Source: the human T2T-CHM13v2.0 reference genome, Homo sapiens
Reading direction: 5' to 3' (one strand)
DNA: 64,000 bases
NCBI RefSeq assembly: GCF_009914755.1
Contig: NC_060929.1
Shown here one piece after another: positions 46,256 through 60,764 of the stretch; the stretch's first letter is position 1; the number at the start of each line of letters is the position of its first letter. The notes under the pieces were generated by a model, which was not told the origin of the DNA, ran no database searches, and saw only the letters and a list, made by a program, of their open reading frames with translations. The translations under genes and the position numbers were made by a program.

Positions 46256-47019
46256 AGGATTGCCCTTTTATTGTTGAGCTGGAAGCATTCTTTATATACT
46301 GGATGTAAAAGTCCCTTATTAGACATACGATTTGTAAATATATCCCCCCATTCTCTGAGTTGTCTTTTCACTTTCTTGATAATGCCTTCGAAGCCCCAAA
46401 ATTTTAAACTTTTTAAAGAATTGCCAGACTGTTTTCCACAGTGGCAGCACCATTTTACATTCCCACCAGCAATGTATAGGGGTTTCAATTTCTCCACAGG
46501 CTCACCAATAACTGTTATCGTCTGTCTTTTTTATTACAGTCATCTTAATGGGTATGAAGTGATTTCTCACAGTGGTTCTGATTAGTCCATAATGACTAAT
46601 GATGTTGAGCATTTTTTTCATGTGCTTGCTTATTGGCCACTTCTTTTAAGGAATGTCTACTTAAATCCTTTCCCTTTTTAAAAATTTGGCTGTCTATTTA
46701 TTGTTGAATTGTAACAGTTATTTATGCTACTCAACTTTTATGGGAGGCTATTGTTTTGAACAGAGCTCCTGCAGTAGGCCCCAAAAGACCAGACAAAATA
46801 AAAATGGAGTTACTCATGCTAAGTGCCACATGATCAAAATGAAACTTTGAGGAAAGAGGTAGATTTCCCCAACTGACCAATTTTTCCTGAAAACAAGAGA
46901 TGCACGGCAACCAATCAGAAAGGGTCCAGTCAACCTGAGCCCGAGTAATAAGAAAAGCCTCTCTGCTTTTACCTTCATAAGTTACCCGAAGTAAACAGAT
47001 GTTAACCAATCCCCTTTCC

Positions 47020-47160
47020 TTTTTTTTTTTTTTTTTTTTTTTTAATTAAAGTGGTGAGGGTCTTCTTATGTTGCCCAGGTTGGACTCCTGGGCTCAAATG
47101 ATCCTCTCATCTCAGCCTCCTGAGTAGCTGAGACTACAGGCACATGCTACTGTGCTCAAC
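47020..47160 (-). mobile_element. FLAM (monomeric Alu)
   Basis: Single arm plus long T tract; flanks CCAATC..CTTTT duplicated. Confidence 0.75.
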
Positions 47161-47199
47161 TCCAATCTGCTTTTTTCTTTTATTTTTCTTTTTGCTTCA

Positions 47200-48775
<1,576 letters not shown>

Positions 48776-49059
48776 TCCCCACTTTTTTCTATTGTTTCTG
48801 GGTTTTTTGTTCCTACTTTACAGAACCCACTGTTCTGTCATGCCCTGTGGAAATTCTTACTCTATTTTATAGAATGGGATGCTGCCCCAATTCATGAATC
48901 GCAAATAAAAGCCAATTCGATCTAAATTGAACTAAATTTGTTGTAACTTTGTTCAACATGTATTTTAGATGTAAGACCCTTATCAACATATAATTTGCAA
49001 GTATTTTCTCCCATACTCTGACTTATCTCTTAACTTTCTTAATAATGTTCTTTTGCAGC

Positions 49060-49305
49060 GGCTTAATCCCGGCTCACTGCAACCTCTACCTCCACCTCCC
49101 CAGTTCAAGTGATCCTCCTGCTTCAGCCTCCTAAGTAGCTGGGACCACAAGCACACACCATCAAGCATGGCTAATTTTTGTATTTTTAGTAAGGATGGGG
49201 TTTCGCGATGTTGGCCAGCTGGTCTCAAACTCCTGGCCTCAAGCGATCTTCCTGCCCGGGCCTCCCAAAGTGCTGGGATTACAGGCATGAGCCACTGCAC
49301 GTGGC
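49060..49305 (-). mobile_element. Partial Alu inside L1
   Basis: Reverse Alu lacking its 3' end and tail. Confidence 0.8.
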
Positions 49306-52279
49306 CTAAAGCACAAAAGTTTTTTAATTTTGATGGAATCCAAAGTATCTATTTAGTCTTTGGCTACTTGTGCTTTAGGTGTCATACAGGGGAAACTACT
49401 GACTGACCAAAGGTCATGAAGACTCATGCCTGTGTTTTATTCTAAGTTTTTTAGACCTGCATTTAGATCTTTGATCAGATTAGATATTTTTCAAATATGG
49501 TGTGAGGTAGTTCAGCTTCTGTAGGTGGTTATTCAATTGTCCAAACTTTTGTTGAAAAGACTATTCTTTTCTTATTGAATTGTCTTGGCACCCTTTTGAA
49601 AATCATCTGCCCATAAAACTGTAGGTGTATGTCTTGACTCTCATTGATCTATATGTCTATTGTCTATCCCTATGCCAGTACCATAGTTTGATTACTGTGG
49701 CTTTGAAGTTAAATTCTGAATTTAACAAGTGTAAGTCCTTCAACTTTGTTCTTCTTTTTCAAGATTGTTTTGGCTATTTTGGGTGCCTTGCATTTTCCAT
49801 ATTAATTTTAAGATCAGCTTGTACATTTCTGCAAAATAATTTTTAAAAGGCAGCTAAGATCTTTACAGAGATTGCACTGAATCTGTAAATCAATTTGGGG
49901 ATTATTGCCATCTTAACAAAATGAAGTCTTCAAAATCATAAACATTAAGTATTCATTTATATAAGTCTCCTTTAATTTTTTGAATAATTTTTATAGGTTT
50001 TAGAGAATAAGTTTTATGCTTCTTTTGTTAAATTCATCCCTATGTATTTTAATCTTTGTGATACTATTATCAATGGTATTTTTTCTTAATTTCATTTTTG
50101 AATTGTCCATTGCTAGTGTATAGAAATACAACTGACTTTTGTATATTGATCTTGTATTCTGCAACCTTGCTGTACTTGTTTATTAGTTTTCTAGTAAGTT
50201 TTTTTTGTGTGTGTGTGAATCCCTTAGAATTTTTAATATATATTAGGTCATCTGTGAATAAGTATCATGTTACATCTTCCTTTCCAATACGAATGCTTTT
50301 TATTTGCTCTTCTTGCCTAATTGCCCTAGTTAGAACTTTCAGTGAGTAAAGTGGTAAGAGTGGACAATTTTGCCTTGTTCCTGATCATACGGAAACAGCT
50401 TTCCATATTTGATCATTAAGTAATACGTTACTTAATGATGCCTCTATCAGGTTGAGAAAGTTCTCTTCTATTGACAGTTTGTTGACTGGATAATCTGAAT
50501 TGACCTATCTTCATGAAAGGGTGTTGGATTTTGTCAATTGCTTTTCTGCTTCTATTGGGATGATTATGCGGTTTTGCCCTTTATTCTATTAATATGTAGT
50601 ATTATATTAATTGATTTTCATATATTAAACCAACACTGCATGTCTGGAATAAACTGCAATTGATCATGGTGTATAATCCTTTTCATGTTTTTAGATATGT
50701 TTGCTAGTATTTTGTTGAGTATTTTTACATCTGTATTTATAACAGATACTATTCTGTATTTTTCTTTCTTGTGATGTTTTTTGTTTGATTTTGGTATCAG
50801 GGTAATAATGGCCTTACAGAATGAGAAATGTTCATTAAAAATGTTCCTTCCTCCTCTATTTTCTGAAAAACATTTGTTAAAAACAAAAATACATTTATGC
50901 TGACTTTCATATTTACCTATATATTTGCAGTACTCTATTCACATTATTCTTCATGTGGATTCAAGTTACTGTCTAGTGTCCTTCTATTTTAGCTTGAAGG
51001 ACTCCTTTTAATGTAGGGCAATTATGCTAAGTTATTTTGGCTTTTGTTTGCCTCAGTATGTCTTAAATTCTTCTTCAATCTTACAGAATAATTTTGCTGT
51101 ACAAAGAACAACTGGCTGGCAGTCTTTTTCTATTTTATGTCATCCCTCTGCCTTTTGGTGTCCATGGTTTCTGATGTGAAAACAGCTGTTAATCTTATTG
51201 AGGAATTCCTTATATGTAATGAACTGTTTCTTTCTTGGTGCTTTCAAGACTTTTTGTCCATATTTATTGGCAGGTTTATTACGATGTGTCTAGATATGAA
51301 TTTCTGTGAGTTTATTCTACTTAGAGTTCATTGAGCTCCATCCATATGTAGGTTAATGTTTTTCATCAAATTTGGGAAGTCTTCTATTATTCTTCAAATA
51401 TCGGTTTTCCTCCTTTTTTCTCCTTTCCTTTCTTTCTGGGACTCTCATTATGCACATGGTAGTATGCCTAACGGTATCTCACAGATCTCAGACTCTGTTC
51501 ATTTTTCTTCATTCTTTTCTTGCCTCTGTTCTTCAGTCTGGATAATGTGAATTGACCTATCTTCAGGTTTGTTGATACTTTCTTCTGCCAGCTCAGATCT
51601 GGTGTTGAGTCTCTCTAGTGATGTTTTCATTTGAGTTCTTGCATTTTTTAACTCCAGAATTTCTACTTGATTCTTTTTTAAATGTTTAATTTCTTTAAAG
51701 ATTTCTATTTCATTCCCACACTTTATCTTAGTTCTTTAGATATGGTTTCCTTTAGTTCTTTGAACATATTTAAATAACTGTTTTGAAGTCTTTGCCTAGT
51801 ATGTCCAATAGCCAGTATTCCTCAGAGACAGTTCCTTTTTACTGTTTTCCCCATGTGTGAACCATACTTTCTTGCCGTGTCTCATAACTTTGTTAAAGAC
51901 TGGACATATAAAATAATATAATGGACAACTCCAAAAATGAGATTCTCTCCCCTTAGCAGGGTTTTTTTTGTTGCTGTTTGTTTGGTCACTTTAAACTAAT
52001 TCTGTAAAATCTGTAGTCTTGGTCAGGTGTGGCAGTGAAATCTCTGATTGGTTAGCTCAGTTGTCAGCCAATAATTGGTCAGAGATTTCCTTAGATGCAT
52101 TGAACCACTATGTGTCCTAGCCTTTGCTACCTTTGGGAAAGGGGGTCTGTATGCATGCTGAAGCATACCTCCTACATGCAGGCAGGCAGTTTACAACCCT
52201 ATCTTAGTATTTACTTTCTGCCAGCACAGTGTTTCAAAGACAAACAAGGATGAGGACTGAGAGCTTCTTAGGTCTTTCC

Positions 52280-53100
52280 TGGTGTCTCCTATTGCTGCTG
52301 TAACAAACTCACCATAAGTGCAGTGGCTTAAACAACACACATTTATTGACTTATAGTTCTGGAGGTCTACTCTAAAATCAAAGTGTGAACCTGGAGGACA
52401 TTACGCTAAGTGAAACAGAGATGCAAATCCTGTATAATCTCACTTAAACTGCACGTGGAATCTAACACAGAGTAGAACAATAGTTGCCAGAGGCTGGTGG
52501 GGAGGGCAAGGAAGGAAATAGGTAGTTGGTCAAACGGTGCAAAGTTTCAGATAGACAGGAGGAATGTTTTGAGATCTACTGCACAGTAGGTTAACTATAC
52601 TCAGTAATAATGTATTGTGTATCTCAAAATAAGAGTAAATTTCAAATGTTTCACCAGAAAAAAATAAGTGAGGTGATAGATATGTTAATTATTAGCCAGG
52701 TTTAATCATTCCACATTGTATACATATATCAGAACATCACACTGTACCCCATAAATGTATATAATTAAGATTTGTCAATTAAAAATAATGTTAATTAAAA
52801 CAAAGGTGTTAGTAGGGCTACATTCATTCTGGAAGCTTCAGGGAAGAATCCACCCCCTTACCTTTTTTTCCAGCATCTAGAACCACCTTAATTCCTTGGC
52901 TAATGGCCCCTTCCTCACATCACTCCATCCTCTTCCTTCCATCATCACATCTCCTACTTCTGACTCTGATCTTCCTGCGACTCTCTTATAAGGACCTTTG
53001 TGATTACACCAGGTCCACTCAGATAATTAAGGTATTTAATTTATCTTAATCACACCTGCAAAGTCCCTTTTACGATGCAAGATTACACAGTCACAGGTGA
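52280..53100 (-). mobile_element. MLT1-type LTR interrupted by a plus-strand L1 3' end (~52388-52800)
   Basis: MLT1 halves join across the insert; duplicated flank AAAATCAAAGTGT / AAAACAAAGGTGT. Confidence 0.7.
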
Positions 53101-53546
53101 AAATAGTTATTATTGAAGGGTTATTTCAGGCAGCCAAGGAACATAAAATTCAGGTCATCAGAGGGAAGGTCCTTAGAAACAAAACAGAAGACAGAGCCTT
53201 ATGCTGGTACAAAACCAGCATCACACTAATGTGATACTGTTAAAGATACTTCAAAAAAGTCATAATTCAGCAACTACAATGATCAAGAGAACAGCTGGTA
53301 ACAAGAAGGAAATGACATTGGAGAGGAGGATAGAGATTTGCGGTCTTCAGTTTTGAAAGGCAATAGCTAAGAGGGGTTATGAACAAATAATATACAAATA
53401 TTAAAAAGTATGGAAAATGTGTTAACTTTTCATAATGAGTGAGGAATTTATGAGATTCCACGCCCTGAGGATATTGTAAAATAAAATACAATATAAAATA
53501 GTTTTAAAACTTCAGAGATATTTACTCCAAAGTAATTTAAAGACAC

Positions 53547-53915
53547 TGTGATGGACTGAATTGTGTTCCCTCAAAATTCCTATGTAGAAGGCCTGATCCC
53601 CAAATAACTCTATCTGGAGATGGGGTCTTTATGTTAAATGAGGTCATTAAGGTGGGGACCTAATTTGATAGAACTAGTGTTCCTATAAGAAGAGATGCCA
53701 GAGATCTCTTTCTCTCCTCTTGTAACAGAGAAAAGACTATGTGAGGACACAGTGAGAAGGTGGCTGCCTACAGGCCAGGAAAAGAGGCCTCACCAGAAAC
53801 CAACCCTAAGGGCAACTTGATCTTGAACTTCTAGCTTCTAGAACTGTGAGAAAATAAACTTTTGTTGTTTTAGCCACCAAGTCTGTAGCATTTTGTTATA
53901 GAAGCCCTAGCTGAC
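53547..53915 (+). mobile_element. MLT1A/B-type MaLR LTR
   Basis: TGTGATGGACTGAATTGTGTTCCCTCAAAATTC...GAACTGTGAGAAAATAAA... Confidence 0.75.
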
Positions 53916-55750
53916 AGGAACTTTAGATATTTTGGTAGACATCTCTAGTATCATGAGATTGCCACCAGGAAAATTCTCTCTTCTCAAGAAAATACTAGTT
54001 GGTTTCAGTGTTAAAGTCAGTAGGAATATTCGTTCATTTAATCATATGACAAATATTCAAGTTCGGTGTTAGGCTGTAGAATTTGTGTGTATAGGTATGT
54101 GCGTGTGGTATGCTGGGGGAAGTACAAAAATGGATAACATGTAAACTCCTAAACATTATCACAATATAGCATGCAGTAATGCTGCATTGTTTTGTTTTGT
54201 TTTTTTAAAAAAGCCCAAACACACGTGAAGAATTCTACCTAACTATGCTGAGGTAGATTCTCAACAATGAGGCTCTGCTTTCCCTACTAAAGTGGTAAGA
54301 CAGTATACACCATGGTTCTCAATCTCAGCACTACTAACTTTTGGACCAGATGATTTTTGTTATGGGTGGCTGTTCTCTGGCCTGTATCCATTAGATGCTA
54401 GCAGCCCCTCAACACCCCCCTGCTCCCCACTCTGACAGCCAAAAATGTCTCCAAACATTGCTAGATATCCTCTAGGGGATTGATAAAATATCTGAAAGAG
54501 CTCCACAGGTGATCTGATCCAACCCCTGAGAAGGCAAACATCACAAAAGTGTGCATCAATAACAACATTAGGCAACTCGCAAGAAATGCAGATCAGAAGA
54601 CAGAACATTGCTACAAGAATTTAGAGAAATGATGGAGAAAGCCAGCAACATGGTGTCACACATTTTTTTGAGCATAGTACTTAAAAATACTTTACGTATT
54701 ATGTATATTTATATATTTTACATTTTTTCCTGAGATACTTGGGACAGAGTTAGAATAATAAAGAGAATTATAGAGGATGTGTGAGAAAATTTGCCGTAGG
54801 TGGAATTTCCTGAAGGTCTACGAGTAAAGACACTGTATTTCCTTAAAGGAGGAAAAAGATGGAACCTCTCCTCAGCTCATGACAGCCTTCCTTCAGGTTT
54901 ATATTGATCCACAAATTATTTAGTAAGTGCATACTACGTTCCAGGCACTACACAACAGGCATAGTTCTTGGTGCTGGGAATACAATAAAGAATAAAATTT
55001 CCAATACTTTCTGCCCTCATGGAGCTTACATTCTCATGGGGGTGCGAGGGAGGGTGAGGGGTGTGAGGAGAAACATAAACAATAGAAATAAAGTATGTAA
55101 TATAATATATGGTACTAAGTGCTATGGGGAAAAATAAAACCAGAAACAGGGACTGGGTGTGCCGCGTAAGGCGATTCATTTTAGGGAGATCATGGAAAGT
55201 CTCGATGAGCTGATAACATCTGAACAAAGATACCTTGTCCTCACCACCTAGAAAGCGGTCCTAAGCCGATCACTGGAAACACCTCTGCCTCCGACCATCC
55301 CATATTGTCTTTCTCCTTGTGTTCCCAGCGCCGGTACAGTAACAGAGCTGCCACCAATTACTGAGCACAGAGTCCCCCTCCAATCAAGCACTGTGCCAGG
55401 GGCTCCCCAGACATAACGTTAGTCCAAAGCTCGGGAGGTGCATGTTACTATTCCCAATTTTTAGAGAAGAAAGTGAGTCGCCGACAGCATATGTTCTTAT
55501 CACGCGGCTAGGAAGCGGCAGAGCCGGGTTCCCACCCAGGTCTTCCTCGACTCCGAAACCACATGGAGGCGGCTCTGCAAAAGCTGTTAAACGCACAAGC
55601 CAACAAAGAGCAACGCCCAGCGCGTGCCAGGCCCCGAGCAGGGGAGGCGAACGCCGCGCCTCCCGCCGGCGCTGCAGAGGGCACCTGTTCAGCCAGGGCC
55701 TGCAGCCCCTCGCCTGCCGCCAGAGCAGCTCTCGGTTCTCCCGGATTTAC

Positions 55751-55867
55751 CTGTTGAGGCGCTGGCGTCGCTCCCACGCCGGTCCCGGTGGCCGCGCCCG
55801 CCCCTGCCACAGCCCCGGCTACCGCGGTGGCCGCAGCCGCTACCACAACCGTCGTCAGTGCGGCCAT
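55751..55867 (-). CDS. CCDC112: CCDC112 exon 1, coding part (117 nt; MAALTTVVVAAAATAVAGAVAGAGAATGTGVGATPAPQQ)
   Basis: AACATGG Kozak start in a CpG island; donor CAG|GTAAAT; phase 0 into exon 2. Confidence 0.88.
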
Positions 55868-55971
55868 GTTTACCCGCCGAGCTACTCGGGCCGCGGCGGC
55901 CACCGGTGCCTGGGGATTCGTGGCAGGCGCACCCTGGCCTCTGCAGACAGCTCCCTGCGCTGCGGGCTTGG

Positions 55972-56240
55972 CCGGGATGCAGGGCGGGGCCGAGATGTAG
56001 GGCGGGGTCGGGATGCAGGGCGGGGCTGAGATGCGGGGGTGCAGGGGTGTGGGGGTGCGGGAGGGGCGGGACTGGGGTGCAGGGCGGGGCCGAAATGCGA
56101 GGCGGGGGCCGGGATTCAGGCGGGGAGGGGCGGGGCGAGGGAGGGGCAAGGTGCCGGGCGGAGCCGGGATGCAGGGGAGGGGCGGGTCTGGGGTTCTGGG
56201 GCGGGCGGGTGTGGGGGCGGGGCGGGGCGGGGCGGGGGCT
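55972..56240 (+). repeat. G-rich minisatellite (18-bp unit GGGATGCAGGGCGGGGCC and degenerate copies)
   Basis: About 4 near-perfect units at 55974-56040, then degenerate units and (GGGGC)n. Confidence 0.8.
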
Positions 56241-57295
56241 GCGCTCTGCCCTGTCGCGGGTTTATATACCCTTTGGGCACTTAACCGACTGTGCCAGCCC
56301 AGTCCCATACCTGTCAAGAAAATTCATTGTCTTACATCGTCCTTAAATTTTATTCGTGTTATAGTCAATATATACATATTTTTACCTAATATACATCCGC
56401 TTTCTAGGTTTCTACTTAGCGCTGCTGAGACTGAGTCTAAATGAAAAAACATTATCAATGGATTCTAACAATAAATCATATTTTAGATTTTTAAAGAAAA
56501 AAACCCAGCTTGCTCCACAGAACCAGATATCAGAGGCAGGAATGCCACAGTTACATTCCTAGGACTTGGTCAATGAGAAGACAGATTCCAAAAATACAGT
56601 GCTGGGAAGTTGGAAAAAAGCCACAGATGACGCTTCCAGTCAAGACAACCTGTGGCAACTGAGCTGATTTCTGTAGGTACTACCTTTTCCCCCTTTATAG
56701 AAATCGATTCATTCAGTCAGTTAATATGGAGCTCCTAGCATATGTCAGGCACTGTTCTAGGCCTTGGGAATTCATTGTTGAATTAGACACATAGGTAAGG
56801 TTCCTTCACCTTTAACAAGTAAACAAATAGGTATTTATTGAGCAATTCCTTTATGCCAGGGCTGTTATAAGTGCTTTATATGCACTTTTGCATTTAATCT
56901 TCACAAATAACTTCATGAAGTAGGTACTATTATCATCTCCATTTCAGTGATAAAGTTAAGGATCACATGGCCACACAGGTAGAGGGTAGGATACCTATCT
57001 AGACAGCCTGACTCCAGAGACCATCCTGGTAGAGGTATTAAACAGGCAGCGGGATAAACGCCTCTGGAGCCCAGGAGAGAGAGAGCTAAAGATACGAATT
57101 TGATCTTCCTATAGAAAATATTTGAAATAAGACTGAATGAGCTCACCCAGGGTGAGTATAAATTGAAGTCTGAGAACTAAGCCTAGGCCACTCCGAGAAG
57201 GTGACCACGGACAAGAGGAGAAGGGGACCAATATGGAGAGATCTGTGAGAAGGGAGGAAAACCGGAAGTCTGTGGAGGGAAGTTTTTGCAGAAGA

Positions 57296-57904
<609 letters not shown>

Positions 57905-59111
57905 CTAGAGGCTGAGTGAAGGGGTAACAAAGAAATGATGGTTGCATTTGGCAACAGGGAGGCCGTGGGTTTATGGGGTAGGTAGACCAAAGCCTGGCTG
58001 ACTGCATTGAGGAGATAATGGAGGTGACGAGGTAGAAACTGTTTTTCGCTATGATTTTGATCGATTTTATGGTGCAGGTGATCAGAGAAATGAAGTGGTA
58101 GCTGGGGGAAGATGTGTGATCAAAGAGGGTCTTTGTTGTTGTGTTGTGTTTCAAGGTAGGGACTAGTAGAAGGAGTTCATGCTGCTGGGAATTATTTAGT
58201 GGAGACAGAAGTTTGATGCTGCAGGACAGAGGCAGTCAGACCCTCTTGAAAGTAAGGCTGATGGAGTCCAGAGCATAAGTGGGAGGTTTGGTCTTTGATA
58301 GACGCACAGACTCTTCTGACACAGGGAGGTAGTGGGTGGGGACTATGGGGAGGCCAGAGAGTCCTGCATACATGGGTTGCAGCACAAGGTAGTTGGAAGA
58401 TTTGGAGGGAGGAGATGGTTGGCCCCACCTCCCCACCCCTGTGTGAAGTAGGAGGAAGTAAGTCACTTGGGTGTATTGAGAAGGTAAAACTTCTTTAATT
58501 TTTGTATTACCTTTTATCCAAATGAGCCCTGTTACTATAGCACTGTCTGAATTCCTGTAATTATTAGTCCAGAATTATCTTGCAGCCTCGGAAAAAAAGC
58601 AAGTCAACCAACGATTTGAGTTGAGTGGTCTTTTACAATTTTAATACTGCCACTAAAAATAAAGAGAAGCCTAAGATCATTTTGCACTTCCTATTGTTTT
58701 TAGAGTATATCCTGCACTGGATATCTAGAGTACTGTGTTCAGAAGTTTTCTGAAATCACCCTTTTCTCTATGTGCTATGGAATCAATTTGATATATATTT
58801 CAGTTCTTTTGATTACATTTGTGTTCAATTTCAATGTTTCCTTTTTTGTTTTGTTTTCTTTCAATTTACTTTTTTTAAAAAATAAGTAAGTTATGTATAA
58901 CATGTATAAAGTCAAAACTCTATGACAAGGTATGTTTAAAGAAGGCTTACTCCCCAACATATCCTCTCCATGGCCTTTCAACTAATCCTCTATGGTAAAT
59001 AATTGTGTTAATTTCTGGTTCTTTTATGTTTCATTTGCAAAAGAAAAAAAGGTAAATAGACAAATACATTTTTATTTTTCTTTTTTTCTTACAAAAACAT
59101 CTAGCATATTA

Positions 59112-59566
59112 TATTAGTGTTCTAGGGCTGCATAACAAAGTGCCATAAACTGGGTAGTTTGTAACAACAGAAATTTATTCTCTCATAGTGTAGTAGGCCA
59201 GAAGTTCAAAACCAAGGTGTGGGCAGGTCTGGTTTCTTCATGGGGGCTTAATGGGAAAATCTGTTCCATGCCCCTCTCCCAGCTTCTGATGATTGCCAGC
59301 AATCTTGAGACTCCTTGGCTTGTAGAAGCATTACTCCAATTTCTACCTCCATCGTTGCACAACACATATCTGTGTCTCTGTGTCCAAACTTTCCTCTTAT
59401 AAGAATACCAGTCACTGGTTTAGGGCCCATTCTAATGCAGTATGACCCCATTTTAACTTGATTACATTTGGAAAGACCCCATTTCCAAATCAGGTCACAT
59501 TCACAGGTACCAGGGATTAGGACTTCAGCATATCTCTTTCGAGGACACAATTCAACTGATAACACA
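59112..59566 (-). mobile_element. MLT1-type MaLR LTR
   Basis: TATTAGTGTTCTAGGGCTGCATAACAAAGTGCCATAAACTGGG...GGACACAATTCAACTGATAACA. Confidence 0.75.
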
Positions 59567-60027
59567 TGTATTATACTCTTGAAATTTTTGCTTAACAATA
59601 TATACTGCACCTTGAAATTTTTGCTTAACAATATATACTGGAACTTGCTTCACGTCAGTTCACAGAAATTTTCTTAAATTTTAAAAATTAAATGCATAAT
59701 CCTCCGTTATTTTATTCAGCCAGTCATCTGCCAATAGATATTTAGGTGATTTCTAAACTTTTGTTGCTGCAAGTAATGATTCATAAGTATTTCATATTTG
59801 GGAAAGTGATTATCTTCAGTAGAATAGCTAGGTCAAAGGTTAAATGCAAATGCAACCTAGTTAGATATTGCTAAATTCCTCTCCATAGGAGTTGTACCAT
59901 ATTGCACTGCCACTAACAATGTGTGAGGGTGCTTGCTTCTTTATTGCTTGAGATCTTAGTATTTAAGTTGTTGGATTTTTGAAAATCTAAAGAGATGAAA
60001 AATCGTATCTCTCAGTAAGTTTAATAT

Positions 60028-60764
60028 GGGCATACCTGTTTTTATTGTGCTCCACTTTATTGTGCTTTGCAGGCACTGCATTTTTTACAGATTGACGGTT
60101 TGTGGTAATCCTGTGTCAAGCAAATCTATTGGTGCCATTTTTCCAACAGCATTTGCTCACTACGTCTATGTGTCACATTTTGGTAATGTGACGGTATTTC
60201 TCGAAATATGCTCACGATATTTCAAACTTGTTTCCTATTATGGTGATCTGTGACCAATGATGTTTGATGTTACCATTTTAATTGTTTTGGGACACCATGA
60301 GGCATGCCGAACTTAATAAATGTTTTGTGTATTCTGACTACTCCACCAGTTGACCGTTCTTCCATCTTTAATTTTGAAAGAAGTTTCACTATGAGTAAAA
60401 TGCTATCAAAAAGCATAGAATGCTACAGAGAAATCTTTTGTGAAAGGAAGAATCAATTGAGGTGGCAAACTTCCGTTGTCTTATTTTACGAAATTGCCAC
60501 AGCCTCCCCAGTCTTCAGCAGCCACCATCAACATAGAGGCAAGACCATCAGCAAAAAATATTATAATTCACTGAAGGCTCAGATGATTGTTAGCATTTTT
60601 AGCAATAAAGTATTTTAAAATTAAGGTATGTACATTGCTTTTTTAGATGCAATGTTATTACACACTTAATAGACTGCAGTATAGTGTAAACATAACTTTT
60701 ATATGCACTTGGAAACCTTAAATTTGTGTGTAATATTTCCTGCAATGTTTCTGAGGGATGTCTG
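60028..60764 (+). mobile_element. Internally deleted Tigger1-like DNA transposon
   Basis: Left end GGCATACCTGTTTTTATTGTGCTCCACTTTATTG; right end CTGAGGGATGTCTGTA; transposase 3' remnant. Confidence 0.75.

Larger units (their letters stand above)
55480..56290 (-). promoter_or_regulatory. CpG-island promoter of CCDC112 with many GC boxes and a minus-strand TATAAA (56261-56266)
   Basis: Dense CpG; repeated GGGCGGGG; GGTATATAAA on the minus strand. Confidence 0.8.

Noticed and set aside
55442-56444. Plus-strand ORFs (195, 240, 143 aa) over the CCDC112 CpG island
   Set aside because: Stop-poor GC-rich and repeat sequence, no recognisable protein; antisense to a real exon
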